From Ancylonema sp. (taxonomy: Eukaryota): 64,000 bases of DNA. Position 1 is the first letter of the stretch; each line of letters opens with the position of its first letter. The position numbers and the translations under genes are program-made. The notes below the pieces were generated by a model, which was not told where the DNA came from, searched no databases, and worked only from the letters and a program-made list of their open reading frames with translations. Below, one piece after another: positions 11,871 to 23,609 of this stretch. Location of the stretch: positions 1 through 64,000 of the forward strand of contig JBFLGF010000136.1 of assembly GCA_050230475.1 (NCBI GenBank), in the 5' to 3' direction.

Positions 11871-13649
11871 CGATGTTGTCTTGAATGACTTGTTTAAGAT
11901 AAAGTTCAATGACGTGTGGTTTGACATAGGCTACTCAAAATGGCCATTAGTATAGCTCGGAGTGTCGGTCTCGAGATGATATGAAACTCGATAGCACATG
12001 TGCAGCTTCAGTGTCGACTATTGATCGTGGTGGGTTTAACTCATGTAATAAGAAGTCTCACCATGTAGGGTTGCGGATCGGGTCTATGCTGAGGTATCGA
12101 TATTCTCGCACTCTATCACAAATTTCATTCTTTCGGTGTTAATAACAATACTTGACGCCGAGGGCGAATATACAAAAAGAAAACAATCACTAAAATGTGG
12201 TGAAAATAATTGCAAGTAAAACAGAGTGACGCTAGTTGCATGCTACTAAGGTCGCCAGTCTTAAGTTAGATTTTCATTTGAAAGTAAGATTGTTTACGAG
12301 TAGTCGTTGAGAATGAATTGATGGGTTGTGAGAAAAAAAAAAAAAGTTGGCTCAGTGAAGAATGACAACAAAAATATTACGAATATAATTTTTTTATCGA
12401 CAAGTTAAGAACGATAGTTTTGACAACTTCCGAAATTCGCTAACGATGGTTGAGCAACAATTCAACATTCGTTAGTGCGCGAGTAAGGATAGCATCACCC
12501 AATCGTTGCGGAATTAACACAAATCGTACGGGCAAGATTCACAACAAGTTGGGAGTATTTGTGAGATTTTCTTCACGGCGCAATCTAACATCGGAAGGTG
12601 GAGATGTTATCAGTAAAAATGGCCCAGAACGATTTCGTTGAGCGATGCTAATCGAGAGGTTCGAACTAAATTTTTATCTTCGAACTAGAGTTGCATCGAC
12701 GGGATAGCTACCGACGGGCTCTATTCAATTTTGCTCTTTGTCTTTTATTCTTTCATGACAGGGATTTGTCCCTCGCTCTTCTGTCTCTTTACTGACAGGA
12801 ACTCAACTTTTGTCACTCTCTCGACAGGCATATTTATCGCGCTTCTGCCTCTCTTGGGGCAGGGACTTCCACAATATGATCCGGGCTATCGATGCACAGG
12901 ATACATAGGGAAATTACGTCAAGCATTCAACATGAGTGCNAGCGCTCCGAGAACATTACTTTGCAATGGGATCTTTCAAATACCAGATTTTGAATCGGTC
13001 TGTTTCTTGCGCATAGCAGCAGAGCCGCACAGCCGCGCAGCCGCGCAGTCGCATAGCCGCACACCAAAATGGGCAGCGGACAACCCAATAACAGTGGAAT
13101 ATCGTATGAAGGTACAAGTCTTTGTCGGAATAATAAATGCATCGATAGCTTTACCTCTTACTGGTGTTTTTCTAATTCCGGCGGAGATGGCGGAAGTCAC
13201 GATGATTGCAGCTTGTGCTTTCTACGAGGGACTAGCTGGAAAGCTGAAACTACGATAGAAGTCTATAGGCGCATTTCTTATGCAACATACAAATGAACAG
13301 CGCAGAGGCGTTTGGTGTATCATGGACTGCGAGCTTTAGTAATTTCCACTGGAATTACTATCCAGATATATGGAACTGTCGTAAGATTCTGACTTAGCTA
13401 CCTTGGAAGCTGGTGGCTGCTTGGGGAAGATCAGCACCGGTTAACCGCTCTAGGGGTTATGGACGAGGAGCCGCCTTCGAAGTCAGAGATGCATCGTACA
13501 GTTCCGTACACGCAAATTAGGCCTTCGGACCTAATTTGCCACCCCCCCGGCCAGTCGGTGACATGTGCTACGGGTTGCGCACCCCGCATCCCGCAGCCCA
13601 CTGGATTAAATCGAAGAAGGCCTTGTGCCGTGTCAAACCTCAGCCGTTG

Positions 13650-14030
13650 CACGTGATGTATGACGCGTGTCTTGTTCTACGTGTCACATAACACGTGGGC
13701 ATTACCACGTATCACTTTCTCCGTACCACGGCGAATTAAAAATTTTGCCACGTGTCAAGTATCACACTTAACGTGACACGTGTCCCTTTACGCATAATTC
13801 AATAGACATGGTTATTGTCACGTGTCGCTTTCTCCAGAATGGAATGCCATGTGTCATGTATGACGTGTCATGTGAAACGATGCCACGTGTCATGTATGAC
13901 GTGTCATATGATACGTGGAACAGAACACGTGGACCGTGTTACTTGACATGTGGTTTCGTTGGAATATGCCATGTGGCATGACATGTGTCAACGTGTCACG
14001 TGTATCGTGGCAAGTGTCATTTCACACGTA
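13650..14030. repeat. Dense (C)ACGTGT/CATGTG motif cluster
   Basis: About 20 ACGTG/CATGTG-type motifs, plus a tandem duplication ATGCCA(C/T)GTGTCATGTATGACGTGTCAT at 13843-13910. Confidence 0.7.
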
Positions 14031-14194
14031 TTGTTAGAGGGTATGCTCGATTCGCTACAGAATCTTCTTGTTTTTCGAAAAAAAATGTATCGGACGGACG
14101 CACTCGATCCAATAAACCGTCCACTTCCTATTTGTCGTCCGATTTCCAGTTCTTAGGTCGGCGTATGGGTCTAGCATGACGTCGGATAACATTC

Positions 14195-14410
14195 CTGAGG
14201 TGTAGGAAATACCCCCCCCTCCCCCAAGGGATAATTTATAATTTCAACGCCTATGGGCGCGCACCATGCACGAGATTTACGCACACGATTTGCGCAGTAG
14301 TGAGCACTTACCATTTTGTACTTGTAACCGGTTCAACACATATATTTCATGATTTTGGAAACATCCCGGTACCCACGAGGTGTAGGAAATACCCTCCCTC
14401 CCCCGGAAGT
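14195..14410. repeat. Partial tandem repeat with 180-bp period
   Basis: GAGGTGTAGGAAATACCC occurs at 14197 and 14377. Confidence 0.7.
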
Positions 14411-14711
14411 GGAAAAAAAGAAATGTCAAGAATATTAGAAGCAAAAATAAATAAAAAGTAGAGAAGTGAAGAAGTAGAGAAGTAAAAAATGCCAATCCAA
14501 GCAAAGAATAAAGACCAAATCAATTAATCGCATCTTTCACACGAAAAAACATATAAACCTAAAAACCCTAAAAAAACATTAAAAACGGACCCCCCCGCCT
14601 AAAAAAGGGGGGAAAAAATACTCTTTAATTAAAGAAATACTCTTTAATTTAAAACCACACAACAAAAAAAGAAAAGACCCAAGTTAGACGGCGTCAGCCG
14701 TTGCTAGTTTA

Positions 14712-17700
14712 CAATAACTATTCCACAAGCAAACCTCCTGTCGTACGGAAAATCATTTTTGCGGTGTAGCCTGATTCTGAGTATCGAGTGCAATTGGCCG
14801 ACCGAACGCTAAAAGTTTATGGGCCCACAGGCGGTCTAGGATTTCGGACGCCGTGGTGTCAGACTCTTATAGGTTCCACGCGATTCACTGTGCCAAGTCA
14901 CGGAACATAACGGTAAATTGCGCCTATGTTGTTAGGGCAATTTGGCTGGGAAATTTGCTGCACGTAATTGCGGATTGCGTGTGAGGGTTGTTGTTAGGGT
15001 CCAGTTGACTCGCTGCGGCCGTCTGAGAATGTGTGTGTGTTTCAACTGGTTTTGCTACTTGTAGTGGTTTTTTGCGCTTGTATTGCTAACGTGCTCACAG
15101 AATGGGGGACAAGAGTAACATCCCGCAGTTCAGTGGGGCCGCATATAAGGCGTGGGCGTTCAATATGCGATTTTGACTCATCGAGAAGAAGCTCCACAAG
15201 GTGGTCTTTGGGTTCAAGAGGAAGGCGAGAGAACCTCGACCTGCGGTTATCGTGCCTCTAACACAAGCAGATCTGAACCTTCTTGCTGATAATGCTGCTA
15301 GGATTGCTGAAAATTCTGCTCGTCAAATTCTCATCGATGCCAGGCAACTAGACTGTGATGCATGGGATGAACTTGACTCAACGGCTCAAGCGTATCTTGT
15401 TAAGTACCTTGGGTCGACAAAACAAACACAAGTTAGGAGGTGTGAGTATGCGTATGAAATTCGGGAGGCACTTGAGTCTCATTATGTGCTGCAAGGTGAC
15501 ATTGAAATTGCCAATGCTACTGCGAGGCTTTCAGCCATCATAATGTATGAAGCTCAAGAGTTGCTAGTTTATGTCCTTCGCTTGGAGGCACTACATGAAG
15601 AGCTCGATGACCTGGGAAAGCCGCTGACGCCATCGGAGCTAGCTACGTCGTTGCTGAACTCGTTGAACACGCGCTACAATCTACTGGTGGGATCGGTCAT
15701 GCTTTGGGCGACAACCGCTCTCAGCCACTACACGATTCCGCGCATCGTCTCGGCGCTGCAGCGAAACAACGTGCGTGAAGAAATCAACGAGCGCAAGTGT
15801 GGACACCCGGCTGGTGGCGAGCACCATGCGAATTTTGGGGGAGCCGGCGCTGGCCAGATTGGCAGGCCGCATAATGGAGGGGCGAGGGACATGCGCAACA
15901 TCCAGTGCCATGGGTGTCGGCAGTACGGGCACTACAAAGCGGATTGTCAGAGTGAAGGGCCGCAGCAGCCGGACATGAGAGTATGCCATAATTGCCATCA
16001 GTTTGGCCACCTGAGCCGCATCTGGACGAGGCCCCGGGACAACGGGCAACAGATCGGAGGTCGTCAACAACAGTATAGGGGAGGAGAGCGAGATCAGCAA
16101 GAGCAGAGAGAGCTGCAGTGTTCTTATTGCAAAAATCCAGGACACCTCAAGGACCGGTGTAGGTTTCGCAAGCAGGATGAGGAGGGATCCGCCAGATTGG
16201 CGGCGTGCGCAAGGGCTGAGTTTGGCCAGAATGCACTCGAGTTTAGTGAGCAGAATGCGGGGATGCTAAATTATGGGATGGCGGTGTTCGCGAGTGACAT
16301 GCCAGTAGTGAATGCGACGCTGGAGGGGAAGTTTTTGATTTTGGATTCTGCGGCAACGGATCATATCTTCTCAAGCCGTGAAGACTTCGAGCGATAGTCC
16401 ACCGTGGTGCCAGCCGGCAAGACGCACGTGCGCACGGCTTACGGGAAGGCCCATCCAGTACTTGGGGTAGGAATGGTGAGGGTGTTGTTGAAGAAAGGGG
16501 AGTTGGTGGAGGAGGTGATGGTGAATGCCCGTCACGTGCCCAGCTTGGGTCAATAGTTGGTGAGCACGGACTGCCTCAACAAACGTGGGGGGGTGGGATT
16601 CCAGCTTAGACAGTCTACTGGCAGCAGTTCAGGAGAAATAATGCCAGTTACACCAGAATCAGCCGATTTGTAATTGGAAAAATGCGTTAGTTAGCCACAT
16701 CATTTATCTACAGTTACCACAAGAAGTATATTGATTTGAATGAGCGATCTGGGAGTATTTATATTTTTACTGGACAGGGGTATTTTGGGCAGAAAGTTTG
16801 CTGTCATAATGTTAGTTTTGGTAGGGTCCCAATAAACAGGAGGTGCGACTTGAGAGGAGTTTTCGGATCCACCTGCCTTGCTTGGCAGGGGGTGAATGTG
16901 AGTTGGAACCAGTATGGAGGACTTCAAGACTTTCAAAAGCTGAGTCCTTTCCAACTTTAACCTTTTACTTGTTGAAAATGTGAAATATGTGAAAAAGTTG
17001 ACGTTTCAAAAATGTAACTTTGGTATGTTATCTTTGTTTGAAATGAAAATTAGCATGTAGATTTGTATTGCTGTGTTGAGTGTTGTCACAAAATCTCACG
17101 TTGTTTAGACATGTTTTCAAAAAGATGTGAAAAGTTCAAGTTTTCTGACTACACGGATGAAAAAGTGAGTTAGTGAAAAAATGAAAAATGTTTTATTTTT
17201 GTCACTAACTTGTGGTCTTTTTCTGTACGTTCAGGGCTTCGGCCCGAAAAACGAGTATGGAGCGGGATCGTGTGAATTTCAAGCGAGGATGATTTATGAT
17301 TTAGATAGGAGCCCCTAGTTTGCCTTAATGACTAGGGAAGACCAAACTACCCGGATACAATTTAGGGTAGTCCTCTTTTACACTTAGACAATTCCAATCA
17401 AGGCAATTTATCCGAGAGGGTGTGTTAGGAATTGTTCGGATAGGCGCCTACTTGACTTGATTGCCTAGTCCGGAATAATTGCCTAAGTCTTTTGTTGCAC
17501 GGAGCCGGGTACACTACACCCGGGCATCTGTCCGCCTTTGCACGTGTCCATATTTGTACGGCGTGTCAATCTCTTGCAGTCGTAAGTTATCAGAAGTCTC
17601 GTATCGTAAGTCGTCAGAACGACTCTAGGGCGGTGTCATCAATCCATCGACTAGAATGATTGGTGTTAGTTTACTCCGGCAAGTTGCCGTAGATCTTTGA

Positions 17701-17850
17701 TGTGACGCTAGTTTGTGATTGGCCAACGGTCGGACTTCCGACCGTCGGCAATAACTGTTCCACAAGCAAACCTCCTGTGGTACGGAAAAGCATCATTGCG
17801 TTGTAGCCTGATTCTGAGTATCGAGTGCAATTGGCCGACCGAACTGCTAT
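14712..17850 (+). mobile_element. Internally deleted Ty1/Copia element (partial 5' LTR, PBS, gag-PR, long 3' region, 3' LTR)
   Basis: 14712-14811 matches 17749-17849. PBS-like GTTTATGGGCCCA at 14815-14827. 3' LTR starts TGTTAGGAATTG at 17423 after GAGAGGGTG. No IN, RT or RH coding sequence. Confidence 0.8.
15201..16610 (+). pseudogene. Copia Gag (three zinc knuckles) and protease
   Basis: UBN2-like gag, then CHGCRQYGHYKADC, CHNCHQFGHLSRIW, CSYCKNPGHLKDRC, then protease LILDSAATDHI. Stop at 16397 with degenerate protease continuing. Confidence 0.88.
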
Positions 17851-18961
17851 TGACAAACATTGCAGATCTGTTATCATAATCAATTGCTTGCCGATTTAGA
17901 ACTATAGCGTCTTTTACTATATATTTGTGTTGTTCTTGCTGCTCATTGCCGTCGAGCAGCTTGTAACGTGTGATAACTTGCTAGCAGTGAGCAGTATAGC
18001 GAATAAAGCTCGAGAACTGCCTCGTCTGTGTGATTTTTCGCGGCAGTGATTAGTGCCGCGATTAAAGCAAGCATAACACTCTCAAATCCAGCGAAAGTTA
18101 TCTGAGTGCAACCCCGTGACTTGTCGGCAACCGTATTCAGAAGGTAAAGGTAAAAGTGCATTTTTTTCTTCCGAACTTTTTGCAATGACATAAGATCGTA
18201 TCTGTGCATTCGGAGGTAGTTGGAAAAATTGTTGTGCAGGCTTTGCGTGATTATCTGCCATTTTTTTTTAATATTCATCTGTGAAATTGTCATACCTACG
18301 AGCTGCTTTGTAAATTGTGAACATCATGCATCGTCATTGATGTGGAGCTTGCATAAGTTTGTTTTGACTACACTACTACCACGTTTCTGAGAAAATAGTT
18401 ACCTCATTGAGAACTGGAAAACCACAAAATACATCATCGAAAGCTCTGTGAGAGCTGGTACGGTTCATAATTGCCAACTGGCGGGTAGTTTATGCGAAAT
18501 AAAAGTTGTGGCCGCATAATTACTAGCCACTCAGTGAAAATATTACACAAGCCTTGCCCTATGAAGCAACAACCTAACGGTCCTCCCAGCCTCGATTTTG
18601 ACTTACTTGACACTACTCGATAAGTTCGACATCAGCTATTCCCGATAACAGACTACGGATTACATGACAGCTACGCGTTTCAATACAAACATTGTTATTA
18701 ACAAAAATAAAACGCACTACTTAGTGTCGAAAAATTAATACCAGGCATCTGCTCTACCAAGTACAAACTGCTTTCACGACTTTCTTTTGCTGCTGAACGC
18801 ACTAAGAACTGCTCATTAGAAACAATTGGACGTTTGAGATTTCTTAACTGTTTTACTTTTTGTCAATATTGCACAAATTAATAACAAACAAAAAAGATTG
18901 TTCGGCGCATAATACTTCGTAATCAATACGTCACCTAGGACTTAGACAAGTGTCAGTTTTT

Positions 18962-19229
18962 TAAGCTTTTGAGTGATATGACGTGCAATAGACTGGTGGA
19001 CGACAGATGAACCGTACGCAAAAGGATCTCTNATGCTTCACTCCGTCCCAATGCACTTTCCTTGGATTCTAACTGAAACTCCCCAAGCACCTCACGGCCT
19101 CCGCCATGTCCGGTCGCGTTCCTTGCGAGATATAGATGAGGCTTCCGATGGCTGCACGGTAGAGGACGTCTGCCATTTCTAGTTGCTCCTCCACCGTCGT
19201 TGGACGGTCCCCTTTTCCAAAACTACTTC
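18962..19229 (-). pseudogene. Copia RT continuation (19229-19033), N gap, and LTR end (18962-19031)
   Basis: GSSFGKGDRPTTVEEQLEMADVLYRAAIGSLIYISQGTRPDM. TAAGCTTTTGAGTGA..GAACCGTACGCAAAAGGATCTCT matches the LTR end at 47193-47266. Confidence 0.8.
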
Positions 19230-21330
19230 CTCTTTTCTTATTATTGCAAGTTTGTCCCTCAGTTTTCTTGCATTGCAGCACCCCTCAACGCCCTGCTCAA
19301 AGGCGATGTGACCTGGCATTGGTCCGAGACACAACAAAAGAGCTTCGACAAACTCAAGCAACACATTTATTCCGAACCAGTCCTTCGACGCCCCGACATG
19401 AATAAGGATCTTCTCATGGCCATTGACTGGAGTCAACACGGATTGGGAGCGGTCATCAGTTAGCTTGACGACGAAGGTAATGAGTATGCGGTCGCTTTCG
19501 CATCCAGAAGTTGCACTCCTGCAGAGAAAAACTACAGCGATTTTCATGGCGGATGTTTGGCAGTGATCTGGGAGTCCAACATTTTTGAAAATTCCTTTTT
19601 GGTCGTCCACTCACCCTTATCACTGACCACGCACCCTTAAAGTGGATCATGACAACTACCAAGCTGACGGGCAAGTTAGCTCGCTAGGCATTGTTGTTAC
19701 AAAAGTATGAGTTTGACGTGGTACACAGGGCGGGCATCCTCAACACTAATGCAGACGGCTGCTGTCGATGCCCATTACTAGAATCAACATCTCTTGAACA
19801 CAAAAATGACACATAGGGAGAAAAAACACCATGCGACCTCTTTCAACCACCGCCAATCGGGGCAATCTCATCCAGTTATTTCATTACCTATCACCAAGAC
19901 TCCGCACCCCAAGTGGAACCAACCTTCGACATTTGGGACGACAAACTAGTCATGCACCTTCTCAAGACCCATGCGCATGTTCCTAACCTAAGTGCCATCA
20001 AACGAGACAGAGTTTACCGCCGCGGACTGAAGTACAAATGGTTAGGTGGAAATTTGTACAAGAAATCTTCCTCGGGAAAATTGTTGCTCGTTCTTTCACC
20101 TCCTGAGCGCATGCCTCTCATCGACACCCTTCACACACGATACGGACACTTTGGAGTCAAACGTATCCTCCATGCTTTGCAAAAAAACTATTGGTGGCAT
20201 TGTATGTGTGACATGGTTATCCAGTTCATCCGTAATTGCAAAGCTTGCTCTCGTTCGAAAACTCATTTACGACAGGGCCGCAGACAACTTCAACCCTTGC
20301 CTATCCGAGGATTGTTTTACCGATGGGGCATTGATTACCGTGGTATTTTCCCATCAACCGCCAAAGGCAACAAGTACATTGTTGTGGTAGTGGACCATTT
20401 TAGCAAGTGGGCTAAATTCATGGCGGTACCTGATAAGAGCGCCAAATCCACTTCTGGTGCAGTTCTGACCACATCTTGGCACGTTTTGGAGCACCTGGAG
20501 AGTTCATTACAAACCAAGGCTCCGAATTCGAAGGCGCATTCAACACCCTTCTCAATCAACATTATATCACCCATCGCACTACCGGCAGAGAACATCCACA
20601 ATTTGATGGGCTGACCGAACGTTTGGTACAAACCCTCAAGTCTGCCCTGCGCAAAACCCTTCTTAACAGGCATCGACAGGATTGGGATCTGTACTTACCT
20701 TATACCGCGATGGGATACCGAATGACCAAACAAGCATCGACAGGGTACACCCCTTACCACCTGACCTATGGTCGTCACCCTTTGTTTTAGGCCAACATCC
20801 ACGACGCCGAACATTACTTCTTACACCTTGATAATAACCTCCCCAAGTTCCTTGAAGAACGAGGTAATTTGTACCGGGAAGTTATGCCGCTGGCCATGCG
20901 CAACCTTTCCATTGCCTAACCACGCGATCGACACCACTACTTCAAGATTCATGACCGCTATGATCGACCCAAGGCAAATTACCACCCTGGTGAATTTGTC
21001 TATGTCAAAAGGAAAACCAAAGGGTTCTTGGATATCGCAACCCATTCACAAATTCTGGAAATCACAAAAATCAGGCCTTCTGGGAACATTCAACTCCAAG
21101 GCCGAGACGGTCGCCGAATCTGGGAACAAATGACAAATATTTCCCCACCATCAGAGACAAAAACATTGATGTCAATCGGTTCAACACCTCTGACCCAACC
21201 TTTTGCAGAGAATGTGGGGACCGTAAGGACGGGAAAAAACACGGTCCTGTGTCACAATTGCAACCATGGATACCACATCTACTGCTTGTCACCACCCCTT
21301 ACTGCCATCCCGGAGGGGGAGTGGTTTTAA
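19230..21330 (+). pseudogene. Gypsy pol second half: RT thumb - RNase H - integrase - PHD finger
   Basis: LFSYYCKFVPQFSCIAAPLN; DWSQHGLGAVI; TDHAPLKW; HTRYGHFG..CKAC (H2C2); WGID..VVVDHFSKW; C-terminal CREC..LCHNCNHGYHIYCLSPPLTAIPEGEWF. Stops and frameshifts present. Confidence 0.92.
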
Positions 21331-21509
21331 CTTGAACATTAACCAACTATTACATATTTGGGAGGGCAGCAAACATCTTTGTTTTCCTCACACCTTGAAA
21401 CCACATGTCCTTCTACTCGGATCACCCTTGTTTATGTACAATATATCCTAACCTTGTTGCACATCATTTGTCCGTGTGTCCCAGCCTCCGACGTAGAGCT
21501 CTCTTAGCT

Positions 21510-22139
21510 GGGGGGGGGGAGTGAGATTTAGATGATGACCCGAAGTCCAATCCTGATGCTGCTCATCCAGACAAGTAGCCAAGTCATCAAGTATCATCCG
21601 TCATTTTCATCGACGAAGAAAAATACAAAAAGTCATGTTTTGCAGATTTTTCCAACATCTGTCGATTTCTTTGATTTTGAGAGATTTCGTCGACAGACTG
21701 TCTGCCGACTCCATATAGCACGTCACCTAACCTAGTGGACCGTGAGACACTCCACAAAGCGGATGGGCGTTTCGGGAAGGGAAGTGTTTGGTACTTCGAA
21801 ATCTTGCGACAACTCGGCACCGTGACAAGGCGAAGTTTCCGTAGGTGCGAGTAGAGGACTCGGATCAGCTCAAGCCAAAGATACAAGTGGGGGGGGACTT
21901 TCATGTTGGCAAAAAGACCAACAATAACGCATGTGTTCAGAGTGGTGCGAATGAAACGTACGGTAGTGGTGGAGTTGATGTGGCGGGATGGAGCGCGAAT
22001 TGGGGAGCTAACGAAGAAGGCCACTCCCTTGGATAGTATCGGTGGCGGATACTAGTACATAACTCAAGCGGTTCTAGAAGCACATGTAGAGCATTTCCGG
22101 GATTTCGGGAGGCGTGATAGTTGACGCTTTCATTCATCT
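21510..22139 (+). repeat. PPT and 3' LTR of the PHD-Gypsy element (cut at N gap)
   Basis: G-run plus AG at 21510-21521, then TGAG at 21522, 190 bp after the PHD. No second copy in the window to fix the end. Confidence 0.55.
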
Positions 22140-22140
22140 N

Positions 22141-23545
22141 AAGTTAGGCGAAAAAAAAAAAACTTAAGAAAAAATGTTTTTGTCTTTTTCACTTTTTCAA
22201 CTTTGCACTTTTACACATTCCAGTCTGGAAATTTCAAAATAGCATAACTTCAAAAATACCGAACCGATCAGCACCAAATTTTTACACAAGTTTTTAAACA
22301 TCTATGAAAACTTACACTATAAAAAATGTTGCAAACAGATAACTTTAAACTTGAGCAGATCTGCACTTTCTGATCTGTCCTTAAGTGTTTCTCAGGAGGT
22401 GTTAAGGCAAGAGTGTAACCTAGCTGGTTGGGCTGAAGTTGTTGTGCCCTCCTCAAGTGTACTTCTGCATGAAAAAACACAAAACACACCCCCTGCCAAC
22501 ATGCATGGCATTCGAAGCCTCCTAGAATAAAATAAAAGAAAAGACTGACACCCTCAGTATAACCGTCCAAAACCTAGACATTTGTTGTGTCTGTCCAATA
22601 AAACCTGTGGGAGAGCCTTGTTTAGCATATCTTCTGGTTGATTTACCCCTGCAAGGTACGCATACTTCAGTCTCTCAGTGCTCTGGCATTCCCTGACCCA
22701 ATAGTATACGACGTTAAAATGTTTGGCTTTCTGTCTTTGCACGGGGTTTTGGATCATGGAGAGGGCGGCTGTGCAATCTGTGTGGACAGTGATTTGGTTG
22801 GGAAACTTGAGTTCTTTCAGGGGTGACTTCAGATAACAGCATTCCTTAGATACACTACAGGCAGTGATGTATTCAGCCTCAGCAGTGCTCTGTGCAACGG
22901 TGGACTATTTCTGTGACTTCCAACTCAGTGCTGTCCCCCCCACCGTGGTGACCCATCCAGTGACTGACTTTCCTGTCATGCTGCAGTTGTTCCACGAAGC
23001 ATCGCAATAACCCTTGATTTCAAAATTGTATTTTCCCACATACGTCAGTCCGTGGTTGACAGTCCCTTTCAAGTATCTGAATAGCTGATGCAAAGCCCTT
23101 ATGTGCGCCACCCCAGGATTACTCATGTGTCTGGCCAGTACTCCCAATGCATATACGATGTCCATTCTGGTTTGTTTCCCACCTTTCCTCGAAAGTCTGT
23201 GATTTTTTCAGGGGTAGGGGGAAGGTTTGGTTCATCATCTTGCGTAAACTGTGTGCCAGGGGCGAGTGGAAGTTTATTCGGCTTACACTCGTCCATTCTG
23301 TACCGTTCAAGCACCCCGCTCAAGTAGTTCGGCTGTCCCAGTGTTAGCAGTCTTTGTGGTCTGTCTCTTTTCACTTCCGCCCCCAGGATATGGGTTAGAG
23401 AACCCAGATCCTTGACCTTGAACTTTTTACCTATGTCCCCCTTAATTGTTTTCACCACCATTGCGTTTGGACCTGTAATGACCTGATCATCAACATGAAT
23501 GCCTAGTATGATTCTGCTATTTCCCTCGCCTCTCATGTAGATGCA
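22141..23545 (-). mobile_element. Copia 3' fragment (RT/RNaseH and 3' UTR)
   Basis: IHVDDQVI, KDLG, GYCDASW..GKSVTGW, QRQKAKHF, DMLNKAL. Paralogous to 41780-43250. A nested LTR start (TGTTGGAATATT) follows at 23551. Confidence 0.88.
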
Positions 23546-23609
23546 AGTATTGTTGGAATATTTGGGTAGCCATACCTTATGCTTGCTAGTCCAAGTTGTA
23601 ACCGGTTAN

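Noticed and set aside
12731..13296. 175-aa ORF
   Set aside because: It spans an N at 12940 and has no recognisable motif.
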